Shown: piece after piece, positions 1 to 18,783 of the stretch | Layout of the letters: every line of letters starts with the position of its first letter | Position numbering within the stretch: the first letter of the stretch is position 1 | NCBI GenBank assembly: GCA_037447605.1 | Contig: CM074806.1 | Coordinates: 124,001-188,000, forward strand | Source of the DNA: Zygnema circumcarinatum SAG 698-1b | Taxonomy: Eukaryota > Plantae > Zygnematophyceae | Reading direction: 5' to 3' | Length of the DNA stretch: 64,000 nucleotides | Notes under the pieces: generated by a model | Database searches by the model: none | Told to the model about the DNA's origin: nothing | Seen by the model: the letters and a program-made list of their open reading frames with translations, nothing else | Position numbers and translations under genes: made by a program

Positions 1-59
<59 letters not shown>
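1..59. repeat. (CT)n microsatellite
   Basis: Uninterrupted CT run at the window start, probably within an EYA intron. Confidence 0.95.
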
Positions 60-64
<5 letters not shown>

Positions 65-409
65 CTTTTGTCTCCCCCGCTCCCCCCAACTCTCCGTCGT
101 ACTCTCTCCCTCTCTCTCACACACAACACAAACACACGCACATGTCTGCTCCTTTTCTTCCTCTATCCCCTGTGACACACGGAAAAGGTAGAAGTATGTT
201 GTTAACGGCCTCCACGTAAATTTCTGAGACGTTCTAAAGAAGCCAAAACATTCATTTCTCTTTAAAAGGAAATTCTTACTTTTCGCAAAACCGCAAATTG
301 ACTGTCATTTAAATGTTTCTCAAGTAGGCACCTCCATTTCCCTTCACACCTTCTAGTTCACCCTTTTGTTTCCCTTATCGTCCGCTCCTGCCCTTTCCCT
401 TCACTGCAG

Positions 410-1312
410 GCCGTGACCTTCTCAAAGCGTGCAGGCGCGAGCCCACCGCCGATCACTCTGTTGGAAAATGGAACCGGCTCGTTTCGTGGGGGAGAGAAAG
501 GACCAGTTCTGAAAGTAGTTCGCAGGAGGATTTGAATGACCGGCAGAGTTCGCGCATGCAGCGCTGCAAGCGGAGGAAGTTGAGTGAAGACGGGCGGAGG
601 CTGGCGGAGACGGGGGCGAACGTCAGCCTGGTCGTCACTTCTGCAGCGCTCGTGCCCACATTTGCAAAGTTCATGCTGTACCGTTTGAACGACCTCATTG
701 ATCCCAAGAATGGTGGCTATCCCTCTCTCACTCCCTCCCTCCCGCTCTTAAACCCCCTTTCATCCAGCTATTCTTGTCTCTCACTTCCCTTCACACATAC
801 ACGCCACCCTGCCCCCTTCCTCCCTGCCTCTTATTACCCCCCTCTCCCTCTCCCCCTCCCCTCCCACTCTTTCACCAATCTCAAACGATAGCGCGCGTCA
901 GAAATAAAAGTGACCTTTCTTTCCGTCTCTCTTCCGCTCTCCCCCTCCACCCTTTACTCTTGCTCCCTCCCCCCATCCCCTCGTTCGCTCCCGCCACCCC
1001 CCCCCACCTCCCCTCCTACAAACCGCTAAACACTACATGCTCCCCTCCCTCCCCCCCCCTCCCCTCCTTCCCGCAGTGTACAGTTCCCGAGGGGTTGGCA
1101 AGCTCCGCTGCTTCGAGCGCATCCGGTCGCGGTTCGCGGCCCCCCGGGAGCTCCCTGCGGTGCAGTTCTGCGTTGTGGGCGACGGAACGGAGGAGCTCTC
1201 CTCCGCGCGGGCCATGGCGTGGGCGGTGGCTCGCGTGGAGGGGGAGGAGGGGCGACGCTTGCCCGACCTTACGCTGGGGGACCTCAAGGAGGGGCTGAGG
1301 GACAGGGAGTAG
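410..1312 (+). CDS. EYA: Eyes-absent (EYA) HAD-family protein phosphatase, 3' part; the 5' exons lie upstream of the window
   Basis: Exons 410-712 and 1077-1312 join in phase via GT(713)..AG(1076). They give ...NVSLVVTSAALVPTFAKFMLYRLNDLIDPKN|VYSSRGVGKLRCFERIRSRF...QFCVVGDGTEELSSARAMAW...RDRE*. This matches the EYA C-terminal pattern VTSxxLxP..K..L..L / VYSS..VGK..CF..I..RF / CxxGDG.EE. The catalytic DxD exon is not in the window. Confidence 0.85.
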
Positions 1313-2371
1313 GGTTCAGGGCCAAGAGAGGAGGAAGAGAGGAGGAGGGCGGGGAAGGGAGGAGTGAGAGAAACGGGGTAAGGTTGAGAGGGAGACTGAG
1401 AATGGGGAGGGAGGGGGGGAGAGACAAGGGAGAGAGGAAATGGGAGGGAGAAAGGGAGAGGGGGAACAAAGGGACAGAGTGGAAGCCATAGGGACACCAG
1501 AGGGATGGGAAAGAAGAAGGGCGTATGTTTCCTGCCATGCTTTAATCTTCCAATGCCCAAAAAGTCATGCTGCAGTCATGCAGCAGTCTTCCACTCCTAG
1601 TCCACTTCATTGCTCCCACAAGCATTGCTCCATTGCTCAGTAGTCACCATTGTGGCAGCATCGAAAAATTGCAAAAGGTCATAAAGGCAGGGCGCAAAAG
1701 TTCACCAATTTCATTTTTTGTCATAAGCTCAAAAGTATATTAACGTAATCAAAACCGTGCGTTCAAAGCAATTTTGAAGCAGGAATTAACACAAGTATAT
1801 ACCAACTTACTCATTACTCTACTTTCTACGAGAAATCCCGCCAGCTACGATTTTTTTTGATTAATCTGTTTCGTTAAGTCCGCATAGGCTGTCGATGGCA
1901 GTTTGGCCTAATCTAAATTTTGCCGAAATTCCCACGTAAGTGGTTTCAGTCCCACGTTCAGTTTTTTCCACATGAGAAAAAATCCACGTGTGATTCTGAC
2001 TGCACAAAGGACAGCCTAATCCGGGGAGGACAAAAAGTATGAGAAATAGAACCTGCCCTTTCTCTAATAAATTTATCATATTCTATCTGAGACGAAATCA
2101 CCATCCTCGCAGCCTGCGAGCGTTCAATGACTTCCGCCTCCGCTCCGTTCCCTGCAAAATTTCTTGCAGCCGGGAACGCATGAAGCATTCTTATTATGGC
2201 CACATCTTTGTCGTTCTGAAGCGCCCTCCGCCTCAAGGCGCACCATAATCCTTCTGCTCCCCCCGTGCCCTCCATAGCACCTCCATTTCCAGCGTGACCC
2301 CCTGAGGTCAATCCGAGGCTAGGCAGCCGCGCCCATTCATTCATTCCCCAGCACGTGCGAGCAATCCCTCC

Positions 2372-3726
<1,355 letters not shown>

Positions 3727-4219
3727 GAGAGAGGGTGAGGAAGAGAGGGGGGGGAAGGGAGAGAGAGATATAGGAAGATGGGAAGGATCAAGAGTTTAGA
3801 GGGGTGATAGGGGAGGGAAGGAGGATTAAGAGGAAAAGCTCTGAGAGTAAAACGGAAGTTGCAGCAGTTGAGAGAAAATAGAAGGAATATGGAGGGAAGA
3901 AATTGGAAGTTAGGGAGGGATGGAGTGCGCTGTCAAGTCGGAGACAGAAGGGTGGTAGCTTGGAGCAGAAATGAGGAGAGAGAGACAGAGAGAGTTAGAG
4001 GGAGCGAGAGGGGGAAAGAGGGAGAGGGGGAGAGAGAGAGGGGGAGAGAGAGGGAGAGCGAGAGAGAGAGGGCGAGAGAGAGAGTGAGAGGGAGAGAGTG
4101 AAGTAGCGGAGAGCGAGCGGTTGCCTGCGCTTTAGCCCGCGTCCGCGCGTCCTCGCTTCGGGAGGTCGCCGCGCGGCCGCCGACATTCCGCCGCGCGCGA
4201 CCGACACCAGGCGGCGGGG

Positions 4220-4630
4220 GCGCACGTGCGGGGGCGCGCGGCGGTTGGCGGCAGCCACGTTGGCTGCCGCGCCGGGGGACGCTGCCTACGTGGCGCAATG
4301 CGGTGACGCCACGTGGAGGAGTTGCGTACGGACGGACACGCGCGGTGAGTTGACATTTCGCGGGATCGAGGCCGGCGGTGGGATGCGCGCACGTGTAGTG
4401 GGGAGCGCCGATTGGCGGATGGCAGGGGGGGAGGACGGCTGAAGGAATTATTGTCGGTCCCGGTTGTGGGAGGCTCCATGGGCGGGCATAGCCATGGCCA
4501 TGCCATGCCATGCCATGCCTCACTGCATGCATGGCCATGGCCGGATGCCGACTGCGGATGTGGCCTTTCTCGCACACATGATTGTGGGCATGGAGGGCGC
4601 AGCCTCCACTGCATGCATGCATGCATGGCT
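4220..4630. promoter_or_regulatory. G-box/ABRE plus RY (CATGCA) cluster upstream of the STIG1-like gene
   Basis: CACGTG at 4223, 4310 and 4390; CACGTT at 4256; TACGTGGC at 4287; (GCCAT)n at ~4491-4518; CATGCATG at 4526; (CATG)4 at 4612-4627. These lie 500-900 bp upstream of the ATG. Function is inferred. Confidence 0.45.
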
Positions 4631-5442
4631 GTGACACGACTCCATCGGGCAGCGTCTGACTTTCAGTTTATATTGTTCGTCGGAAACCATATTTAGGGCT
4701 TTGGGCAACGATTCGTAGATTGGTGGATACAAAGATGTGCATTTAACACTGAGCGTGGGTACATTCACTGCATTCAGAGCTACAACATTAGAAATTTCAA
4801 ACACGTTCTGTCTGACCTCTGCACGCACACACCGTGTTGCACTGTTCTGTGAAATCCGTTTCAGAATCAACTTTAAATCGTCCTCTGCAAACTTTGGAAA
4901 CTGGAAAACTTGGCAAACCGACGAAGCCTGCGCTAGGCTGATCCTCACACTCAATTGCTTCCCTTCATTGATTTGCTCACAGTTCGGCTCCCAACATCAT
5001 TTATTTTGGAGGGTATTTCGGCCGACCACAGGTCAGGCAGGAACCATCGACATTCCCCAATCAATTATTCAATCGGTTTGTTTCGGCTTTTGATCAGGAA
5101 GCTCTCAGGCCCTAATAGCCCTCGAAACCCTAAAGCCTTGAAATCTCAAGCCAATCCGCAAAACCCCAACTGCGGACCATTCTATTGCCACAAACTACAC
5201 CACGAGGAGGCAGACTCCCTCCCGCCTATCCGCCACCTCCTCCAACACTCCATGCACTCAACCTTCCTTCCTGAAACAATATCGACATATGTGAGTTGTG
5301 GCTAAATTAAGTCAAAGAAACTATGGTAGAGAGAGAGAGTGGTGGAAAGTAGTGCAGGGAGAGGGAAGGGAGATAGAAAGGGGGAGAGCTGGAGGGAGGG
5401 GGAAGGGAGGAGAGGGGAGGGAAGAGGGCACTGTCCAGTCCA

Positions 5443-11641
<6,199 letters not shown>

Positions 11642-13318
11642 AAGGAGGGAGGCGGGGAGAAAGTGGAAAGAGAGGGGAAGGGAGAAAAGAGAGAAGCGAG
11701 AGAAGGAGAGAGGAGAGAAGCGAAGCAAAGGAGAAGAAGACGGAAATCAAGCGCTGCCCGTCCCTCCCTGGACCCCCTCTCTGCTTTCATGCACTCTTCC
11801 TCTGCAGGCACCTAACCCTAACCCTAATCGGCGCCAGGCTCTTTGCCAGTGCGAAACCTTAACCATTCCTCTAACGTCAGCGCCACCTCCACCATCCACT
11901 GACAGTCTGCCACCCTCTCAGAACTATCTACGCGGCAACACTATCTCCGGCATCACCTCAACCAGCGGTGAAATAATCGTGAGGAGCAGATGCAGGAGCA
12001 GAATCAGGGGAAGCAGCAGAAGGACGAGCAATAAATAGCACGAGAACGAGGAGGAGGAGGAGGAGAAAGAGAATAAGCAGCAACAGCTCCTCCTAAGCAG
12101 AGGCCGCCATGGCGGCGTGCCGAGCCCCACAACCCGCCTCTTCCCCGGCAAAGAGAGAGGGGACGACTGGCGAGGGGCTGGCAGCAGGCACAGCCATGGC
12201 CGCATGCACGCGGCGGGCAGGAGGGGGCGAGGGAGGGAGGGAGGCGCGCACCCCCGCGGTGGAGCTCCGGGCGGCCGTCACGCCCGTCACGCCCTCCGCA
12301 CGTGCGAAGCGGCGCTCTCAGCGCTCGGGGGAGGGAGCGGGCGGACAAGACACCGCCCGCGCGTTATTGCGCGCCCGCCCGCCCGCCCGCCCGCGCCTGT
12401 TGGCGCCACCTGCCCCGGGACGAGGGGTTCAGCCGCAGTTCCGTGCAGCGTTTGACGGGTTTTTTGACATAGAATGCGACAGTATCACAAGAAACGCGGC
12501 ATAGAACCATCGTATCCATGTAATTTTGGTAGTTAAACACCTGAGTAACAAGAAGCTGTGAGCAGCGGCGCCACAGGACCATAGAACTGCGTCACATGGA
12601 GCGCCACGGGGAAAGCGACGCGCCCTGCCGACGTCCAAAGGAATGTCGGTGTGAAGAATGGCGGGGACCGTCGCCGATTGGGGCCGTACCGGTCGTACAC
12701 CCAGTAGTGTACGGAGGGGACGTCCGCGAGGTGGGCAAGTTGGTGGCAGAATCGCCGACAGGCGGCGGATGGAGATCTTGACCTAAGGGGACGGGGATTA
12801 GTCGGCAAAAACGACAAGATCCATTACCGTTGAGGTGGTTCAGGAGCTGAACTTGGGTCTATCCTAAAGTTGCTCGAAATCTGGCAAGCCAGATCAACAC
12901 GGAATCTGTTGATTCGATGGATCGGACCTGAGCGGCTGGATTGGTATTCTAAAAGCGGGTTGAACCGATCCACTCGAGTTCAGACGAGCGTCAAGAGGAA
13001 ATATCAGCCGATTACTGTAGGGTGCCGTCAGAGGGTGACTGGTTCAACCGTCGAAGAGTGGACCCAGCCCTCGGAAGCTGGAACCCACCTGAACCCATAT
13101 TGCGGCCCGGCGGTCGGTGGATCGCAGAACTGTTCACGGCCAGCGGTTGTCGGTTCCGGGCCGCGGTTTTGACTTTGATGTCGCGACGTCCGGATTGGCT
13201 CAAACCTTTTACCAGCACTTGCCGCCATAGGATGGAGCGAAAATATTTTCACCTTGAGGTGACCAGATGCTGCTTGGCATCATTACTTCTTTAAACGCCC
13301 TTGTCTGTTTGTGGTTCC

Positions 13319-13450
13319 GTACAACATAGGACTCCTTTTTTGTCCGTACTATGACGCTGGTGTATTCGTACAATATCTGGGAATCTTCATCTGTACGAAC
13401 TACGGCTGTCGACGGCAGTTAGACGGCAGACCTAGCCGTCGGTGCCGTAC
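13319..13450. promoter_or_regulatory. GTAC cluster (SBP/SPL-type core) upstream of MED17
   Basis: GTAC at 13319, 13346, 13368, 13393 and 13447. Two copies match TNCGTACAA. Confidence 0.4.
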
Positions 13451-13545
13451 GGCGGGATGGGGCAGTTAGGGCGAAGGGCCGGCGCCCCTCCGTGGAAGGT
13501 CACTGGGGGGGGGGGAAAGGGTTCCGGCGGAGAGACGGTGCCGCC

Positions 13546-15339
13546 ATGGCGGGGGAGGCGGCGGAGGAAGGGGCCATGGCAGAGGCCGAAGCGCCGCCGC
13601 CTAAGCGGCTGAAAGTGACGCTGGATTCGCTCCACATTCGACGCATCCGGAGCATGGATGAGGCGGGACATGAAGAGATAGCAGAGTGAGCTCCCCTATT
13701 TCTCGTTTCCTCTCCCCCCCCCCTCCCCCTCCCCGTCACTTGATTCCTGCAGTTATTTATTTTAGTTTTCCTTTCTTTCTCCTCTTTAATCCGTTTTTTC
13801 TCTCTCTGCTCTGTACCCCTTACCTCCTCCCAACCCCTCGCTCCCTCCCTCCCTCCCTCTCTCCAGAGAGCCTCCCCCCGACCAGAAGCTCCTGGGGCTC
13901 CTCTCCCGCATCGACTTCCGGCAGCCCGCCCGCCCTGAGGCCCCTCAGGGCGAGAGGCGGCGAGAGGAGAAGGCGGCGGAATGGCCGTGGCAGGCGGCCA
14001 TGGAGCAGCTGCAGCTCGCGCAGGAGGAGCTCCGCGTCGTTCTCGACCTCGTGGCCAGCGTGGAGAGCGGCGAGCACGTGAGCATCCTCAACGTGGGCAG
14101 GGCCAAGCTCGCGCCCGCAGAGCTGGTCTCCAACTTGGCGCAGCAGGTGGCGGTCAAGCAGAGAGAGTGCCAGGTATGAGATCTCGATGGTTCTTTTTTC
14201 CATGTTTTATACTGCTTTATGATGTTGTATTTCCGAGTCCTAACTCCAACCTCAACCCTGACGTTCACACGAACCCTAATCCTCATCCTAACCGTAACTC
14301 TAACCCTAATCTTAACCTTAACCTGAACCTTAGCCTTAACCCTGACAGTAACGCTTTCCCTAACCTAACCAGCCCTTACTCTATCCTTGAACCTAACCCG
14401 AAAATCAATCCAAATGTAAGTCAAGCCGTAATCCTGGTTTTTTAACGTAACCAGGATACGTTAACAATCGATAACCTTAACGCTTACCCTTAACCTATCC
14501 CAATGATAGTTTTATCCTGATTTTTTGCCTGACTACTAACCTTTGCCCTAATCCTAACTAACCTTGACCTTATGCCCAACCCCAAGCCTACTTTTTAAAC
14601 TTAACCCTGGCACAAGCAAACCCGAATCTTCACTTTATTCTATTTGGCGTTGACCCCAAGCCACCATGTCTGGATTTCTTCTGTAATCCTAACCCTAACC
14701 CTAACCCTAACCCTAACCCTAACCCTAACCCTAATCGTAAGCTGAACACTAACCTCACCCCTATTTCTGAGCCTACTTTTAGCTTCCAACTGCCTTTTGG
14801 CTCTTTCCTTAACTTCCAACTGTATCCATTACGACAGCTTGTAATTTGTTCTTCACTCGAAACAGCTTCGCCCTGTTTGTACGCAAATCCCTAGACCTAG
14901 TCCCTGAGAAGTGAATGTAGAAAATATCGTGTGGCAGAGTGTTGGTAAGGACCTTAAAAAGTCAGCGGCTGCGATGAGTCGACACCTGGCAAGCAGCGGA
15001 AGGTTCTACAGTGGCCTGTTGAGGTGAGGAGGCATCCCCATTTGCTTCTTTTGAGAACTCAGAATGGTGCCACAATCGAAAAGGAGAATGGCAATACCCA
15101 AAATCAAATGCAGGATTAATATCTTAGTGCAAACTTTCTTCTTTAAAATCTAAAATGACTTCACCTCGTTGATTCTCTCCTCTCCGTGCAATACAGCTCT
15201 GATGACTGCAAGCCGCACAATTCGTTAAATCACTGGCACAACCTGAAGTCAACCAAAACAGAATCTGCAATAGCTTCGAGTTTGGACTTGGCTTGGGATT
15301 TGCGCTCTCGCCTTCTCTCGCTCTCTCTGCCCTTCCAGA

Positions 15340-15432
<93 letters not shown>

Positions 15433-18066
15433 ACAACCCCTGCTGAGTCGCTGAAGGAGTGCCACGTGGCAGCCTGCAGAAGCACTGGAAGATACGGCGG
15501 CATCGTCCAGCTGGCGGAGCTGCAGCGGCCGAAACTGCCGGATTCACCGTTGATCTCACTCTCCCAGCCTCATCGGACGGCCCAATTATGCCAACGGCTC
15601 GGACAGCTGGCCTGCTTTCACTGGCACTTGAGCAAGACAAATCAGAGGCTCTTTCCACGCAGCTTCCGCCGCGGCAACCAATTAGGAGGCTCCAAGTGGA
15701 CCTGATGGGAGTGGAGCAGGGAGTGGAGGGAGCGATAATCACTCCCAGAAAGATAAAAAAGCGGGGAAGTGATGGGAATGCAAAGCAAAAATCTGAGACC
15801 CAATCCGGAGAGGGGGATAAGAATAATGATGGGGGGAAAGCGGATTGCCGTACGGAAGGGCTTGAGGGAGCGCATTTATTGCTGCAGCAAGTGCAAGGAG
15901 CCCTTCTGGATGAGCAGGTACACATGTCTCTCTCGTAGGCTCTAAACTCACTCAATTCATTTGACCTGAAAATTACAGAAATGGCCAGAAAGGCCAACTT
16001 TCAATTTCTGGAAAGTGTTCTTCTCTGCGTGAATCACGTTCTGTCGGGTCTTTCCGACTTTAGACCGTTATTTTCTCGAACTGCTTTTGGGTGGTCTCTT
16101 ACTGGGTTGTTTGTTGTTTCTGGACCAAACTGAAAGATTGTTGCTCTCTCCGTTTCAGGTATTTGATGCTCTCGAGAAAGAAGTTCTCACACCCTCTCCC
16201 GCCCTGCCACCTGTCGTGGGGATGGGAGACTCCCACCTTGATATCAGTGCCGGCCATGGCTGCACTCTGCGGATTCAGCTTGTACAGGAACCCCCTTCCT
16301 CACTGCGACCTAAACATGTAAACCCTAAAACTTCGAAAACTGTCAAGCTCAAAGTCTCGAACTTGGAGGCAGAAGGTGTGGAGACGAAGGTTGCAACTGT
16401 GCCTCCTTCCGTTCAGTCGACGGAGAAAATTGAAGAAAATGGAAGCGCAGAAGTAGGGACTGACGGAGAAGAGGGAGAGGAGGAGGTGCGGCAGCCCTTG
16501 GACGTTTTTGTGAGACAAGCATATTTGAGGAGTATGTGGGGGCAGAGCGGTGGGTATTGGGGGATAGTTGAGGTTGGAGGGAGAGGAGGAGGTGGGGGTG
16601 GAAGAGGGGGAGAGAAGGGAGGGAGGGGGGCGGAGAGAGAGAGGAGGACGGGAGGTAGGGGAGGTGAAGGTGGCGAGGCTGTTAAGAGAGAGGGAATGCT
16701 ACGACAGCTTCTCCCGGTGGCAGCACATCGAGCATTTCGAGCTTCAGTAATGACTGCCTTAGAAAAGCTGGTGAGTGTGCGTTTAGTATTGTTGTAGAAG
16801 TGAATGAGAGAAAAGTAGCGGGAATGGATGAGGGAGCAGGGAAAGGGGTGAAGGGGATGAGGAATGAGGAGGAACGGAGAAAGGGGCGAGAGGGAAGAGG
16901 GGAGAGGGGAGAGCGACTAGGGTAGGGAAGAGAGGAGAAGCACAAACGGGAGTCAGTTGAGAGATCTGTACACTTTTTCCTACGTTTCTTTGCTTTTGCT
17001 GACCCTTCATTTTATCACGTGGCAGGTAAGGGGCATACCCCACCTTCATTTGCGCACTCGGCTTACATGGCAGCCCCATATGTCAGCTTGGGACCTTTTT
17101 CTATCGCTGCCCGACCTATCTCCGGGGGTTACTCAACCAAGCCGGGCAGCAGGGTCAGAAAAACGGTTGTTTCAATGCACGGTTGTAGTAAGGGTGAACG
17201 AAGTTTCCATAGAAGCCATGGAGGGCGCCATCCCCCTCTCTGATGCTTTAGCCGGAAAGAAGTCTTCGGCTTTAAATATGGAGGAGGGCTTTCCGAGGAG
17301 AACTGGAGCTATAACTGTCCTTCAAATGGAAACTTTAATCTTCCATCAGGTAAGAGAGAAAGTAACTAGAACACGAACGAAAGTTATAAAGCCTTACGTT
17401 TCAAAAACCCTAAAGTGGAAATGAGACAGGGAGAGAGGGGGACAGAGAGCGATACAGCGGGAGAGGGAAAGGGAAAGGGATAGGGAGAGGCAGAGGACGA
17501 GGGAGATGGGGAAGGGGAGGGAGTGGGGATAGGAGATAGGAGAGAGGAGAGGGAGATGGGAGGGGTAGGGGGTGGGAGAGGGGATAGCGGAGAGGGGAGG
17601 GGAGAGGCGGGGGGGAAAGGGGGAAGGGGAGTGGGAGAGAGGAGTGAGGGAGCGGAGTGCCAAGGAGAGAGATGCGTGTTTGGACTGAACTCTAGTTGTT
17701 GGAGTGGGGAGCCAGGTGGCGATTCAGATGGTGATAGCTGTCCACCAAGAGGCGACTTTTTTGGGACTGAATTCGACATCAGAAATGTTGACGGTGACGA
17801 TCAAAGGAATAGAGAATAAAGTGGAGCTGACAGCAGGGCTAAGTTTGAAAGAAAACTTGATTTTGTGGTCAGTAAAGGGAAGCGGAGAGTTCACAGGGAG
17901 AAAGGTTTTGGAGTCTGGCGGGGAACAGCAAGGAAATGACAAAGGGGAGGAACCGTGGGAGCGGGTTTTGGGTGTCTTGAGTTGGGCTGACTTGAGGGGC
18001 CTCCTGCTCGATCTGCTTGTTGGCAACAAGGGCTTCCCTACTGCTGTGACGCAAGAAAAAACATAA
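13546..18066 (+). CDS. MED17: Mediator complex subunit 17, 7 exons
   Basis: Exons: 13546-13685, 13867-14173, 14938-15023, 15473-15917, 16159-16770, 17026-17349, 17716-18066, all phase-consistent. Diagnostic plant MED17 segments: TLDSLHIRRIRSMDEAG, LLSRIDF, WPWQAAMEQLQLAQEELRVVLDLV, RFYSGLL-LQKHWK, LLDEQVFDALEKE, VRGIPHLHL, LSWADLRGLLLDL. Confidence 0.9.
14688..14734. repeat. Interstitial telomere-type (CCCTAA)7 within a degenerate AACCCT/AACCTT field (~14230-14770) in MED17 intron 2
   Basis: Seven perfect CCCTAA at 14693-14734, flanked by many variant hexamers. Confidence 0.9.
15343..15428. repeat. (GA)n microsatellite in MED17 intron 3
   Basis: Pure GA run ending about 45 bp before the acceptor. 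Confidence 0.95.
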
Positions 18067-18783
18067 ATGGAAGGCTCAGGGTGAAAGTCCAACACCTTTG
18101 AACTGATTTTGATAACATGCAAGCAACATGGTCATTTGCCAAGCTTAATTAATTTTTTTTTTTCTTTCCTTCGTATTGACAGCTGTGAAGGTACGCTTTC
18201 ACATTTTCAGAGATGGATCCACTTCTGAAACAAAGGAATGCGGAATGCCACACTAAAACGGACCGAACGGCCAATCTGAGACTTTTTCTTTCGCCTCGAT
18301 CACTGCCGGCCCATCCCTGCGCCCAAAATAAACAAATTATCAGCAGAATTAATACAAACGAACAAATCATTCTTCAAAAACTAACTCTGCGCACTTGGAG
18401 ACCATCCTCAAACTTCCGTCACATTTCTAGGCACCCACCGAAGCCGCAACTCTGCCCCTCGCAACAACAGGCTCGTAAAGGGTTCGATGTAGAGAGTAAA
18501 GCCAACCGAATTCCCCCGAGAGGAATCCCAACAGAGCGAGGTGAAGTGGACTGAAGGTGAAGGCGGCCCCTCACCTTCATCGGTTACCTTCTAAGCTGCT
18601 TCAATCTGCGAGAATACTCCTCCACCTGCCACCTGCCAACGGAAGTAGGGAAGGAAGCTGTCATGTATGGCTCGCCGTTCCTGGGTGGGTTAGGTTCATC
18701 ATCTCCCCCCCCTCCTTTCGGTCTCTCTCTCTCAACCACTCCCCCCCTCCCCCACTCTCACTCTCTCGCCCTCCTGAAGTCCC

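Noticed and set aside
12820-13260. GAACC/GGTTC- and GGATC-rich intergenic stretch resembling a MITE
   Set aside because: No terminal inverted repeat or TSD could be delimited. It is treated as ordinary NDR/MED17 divergent promoter DNA.
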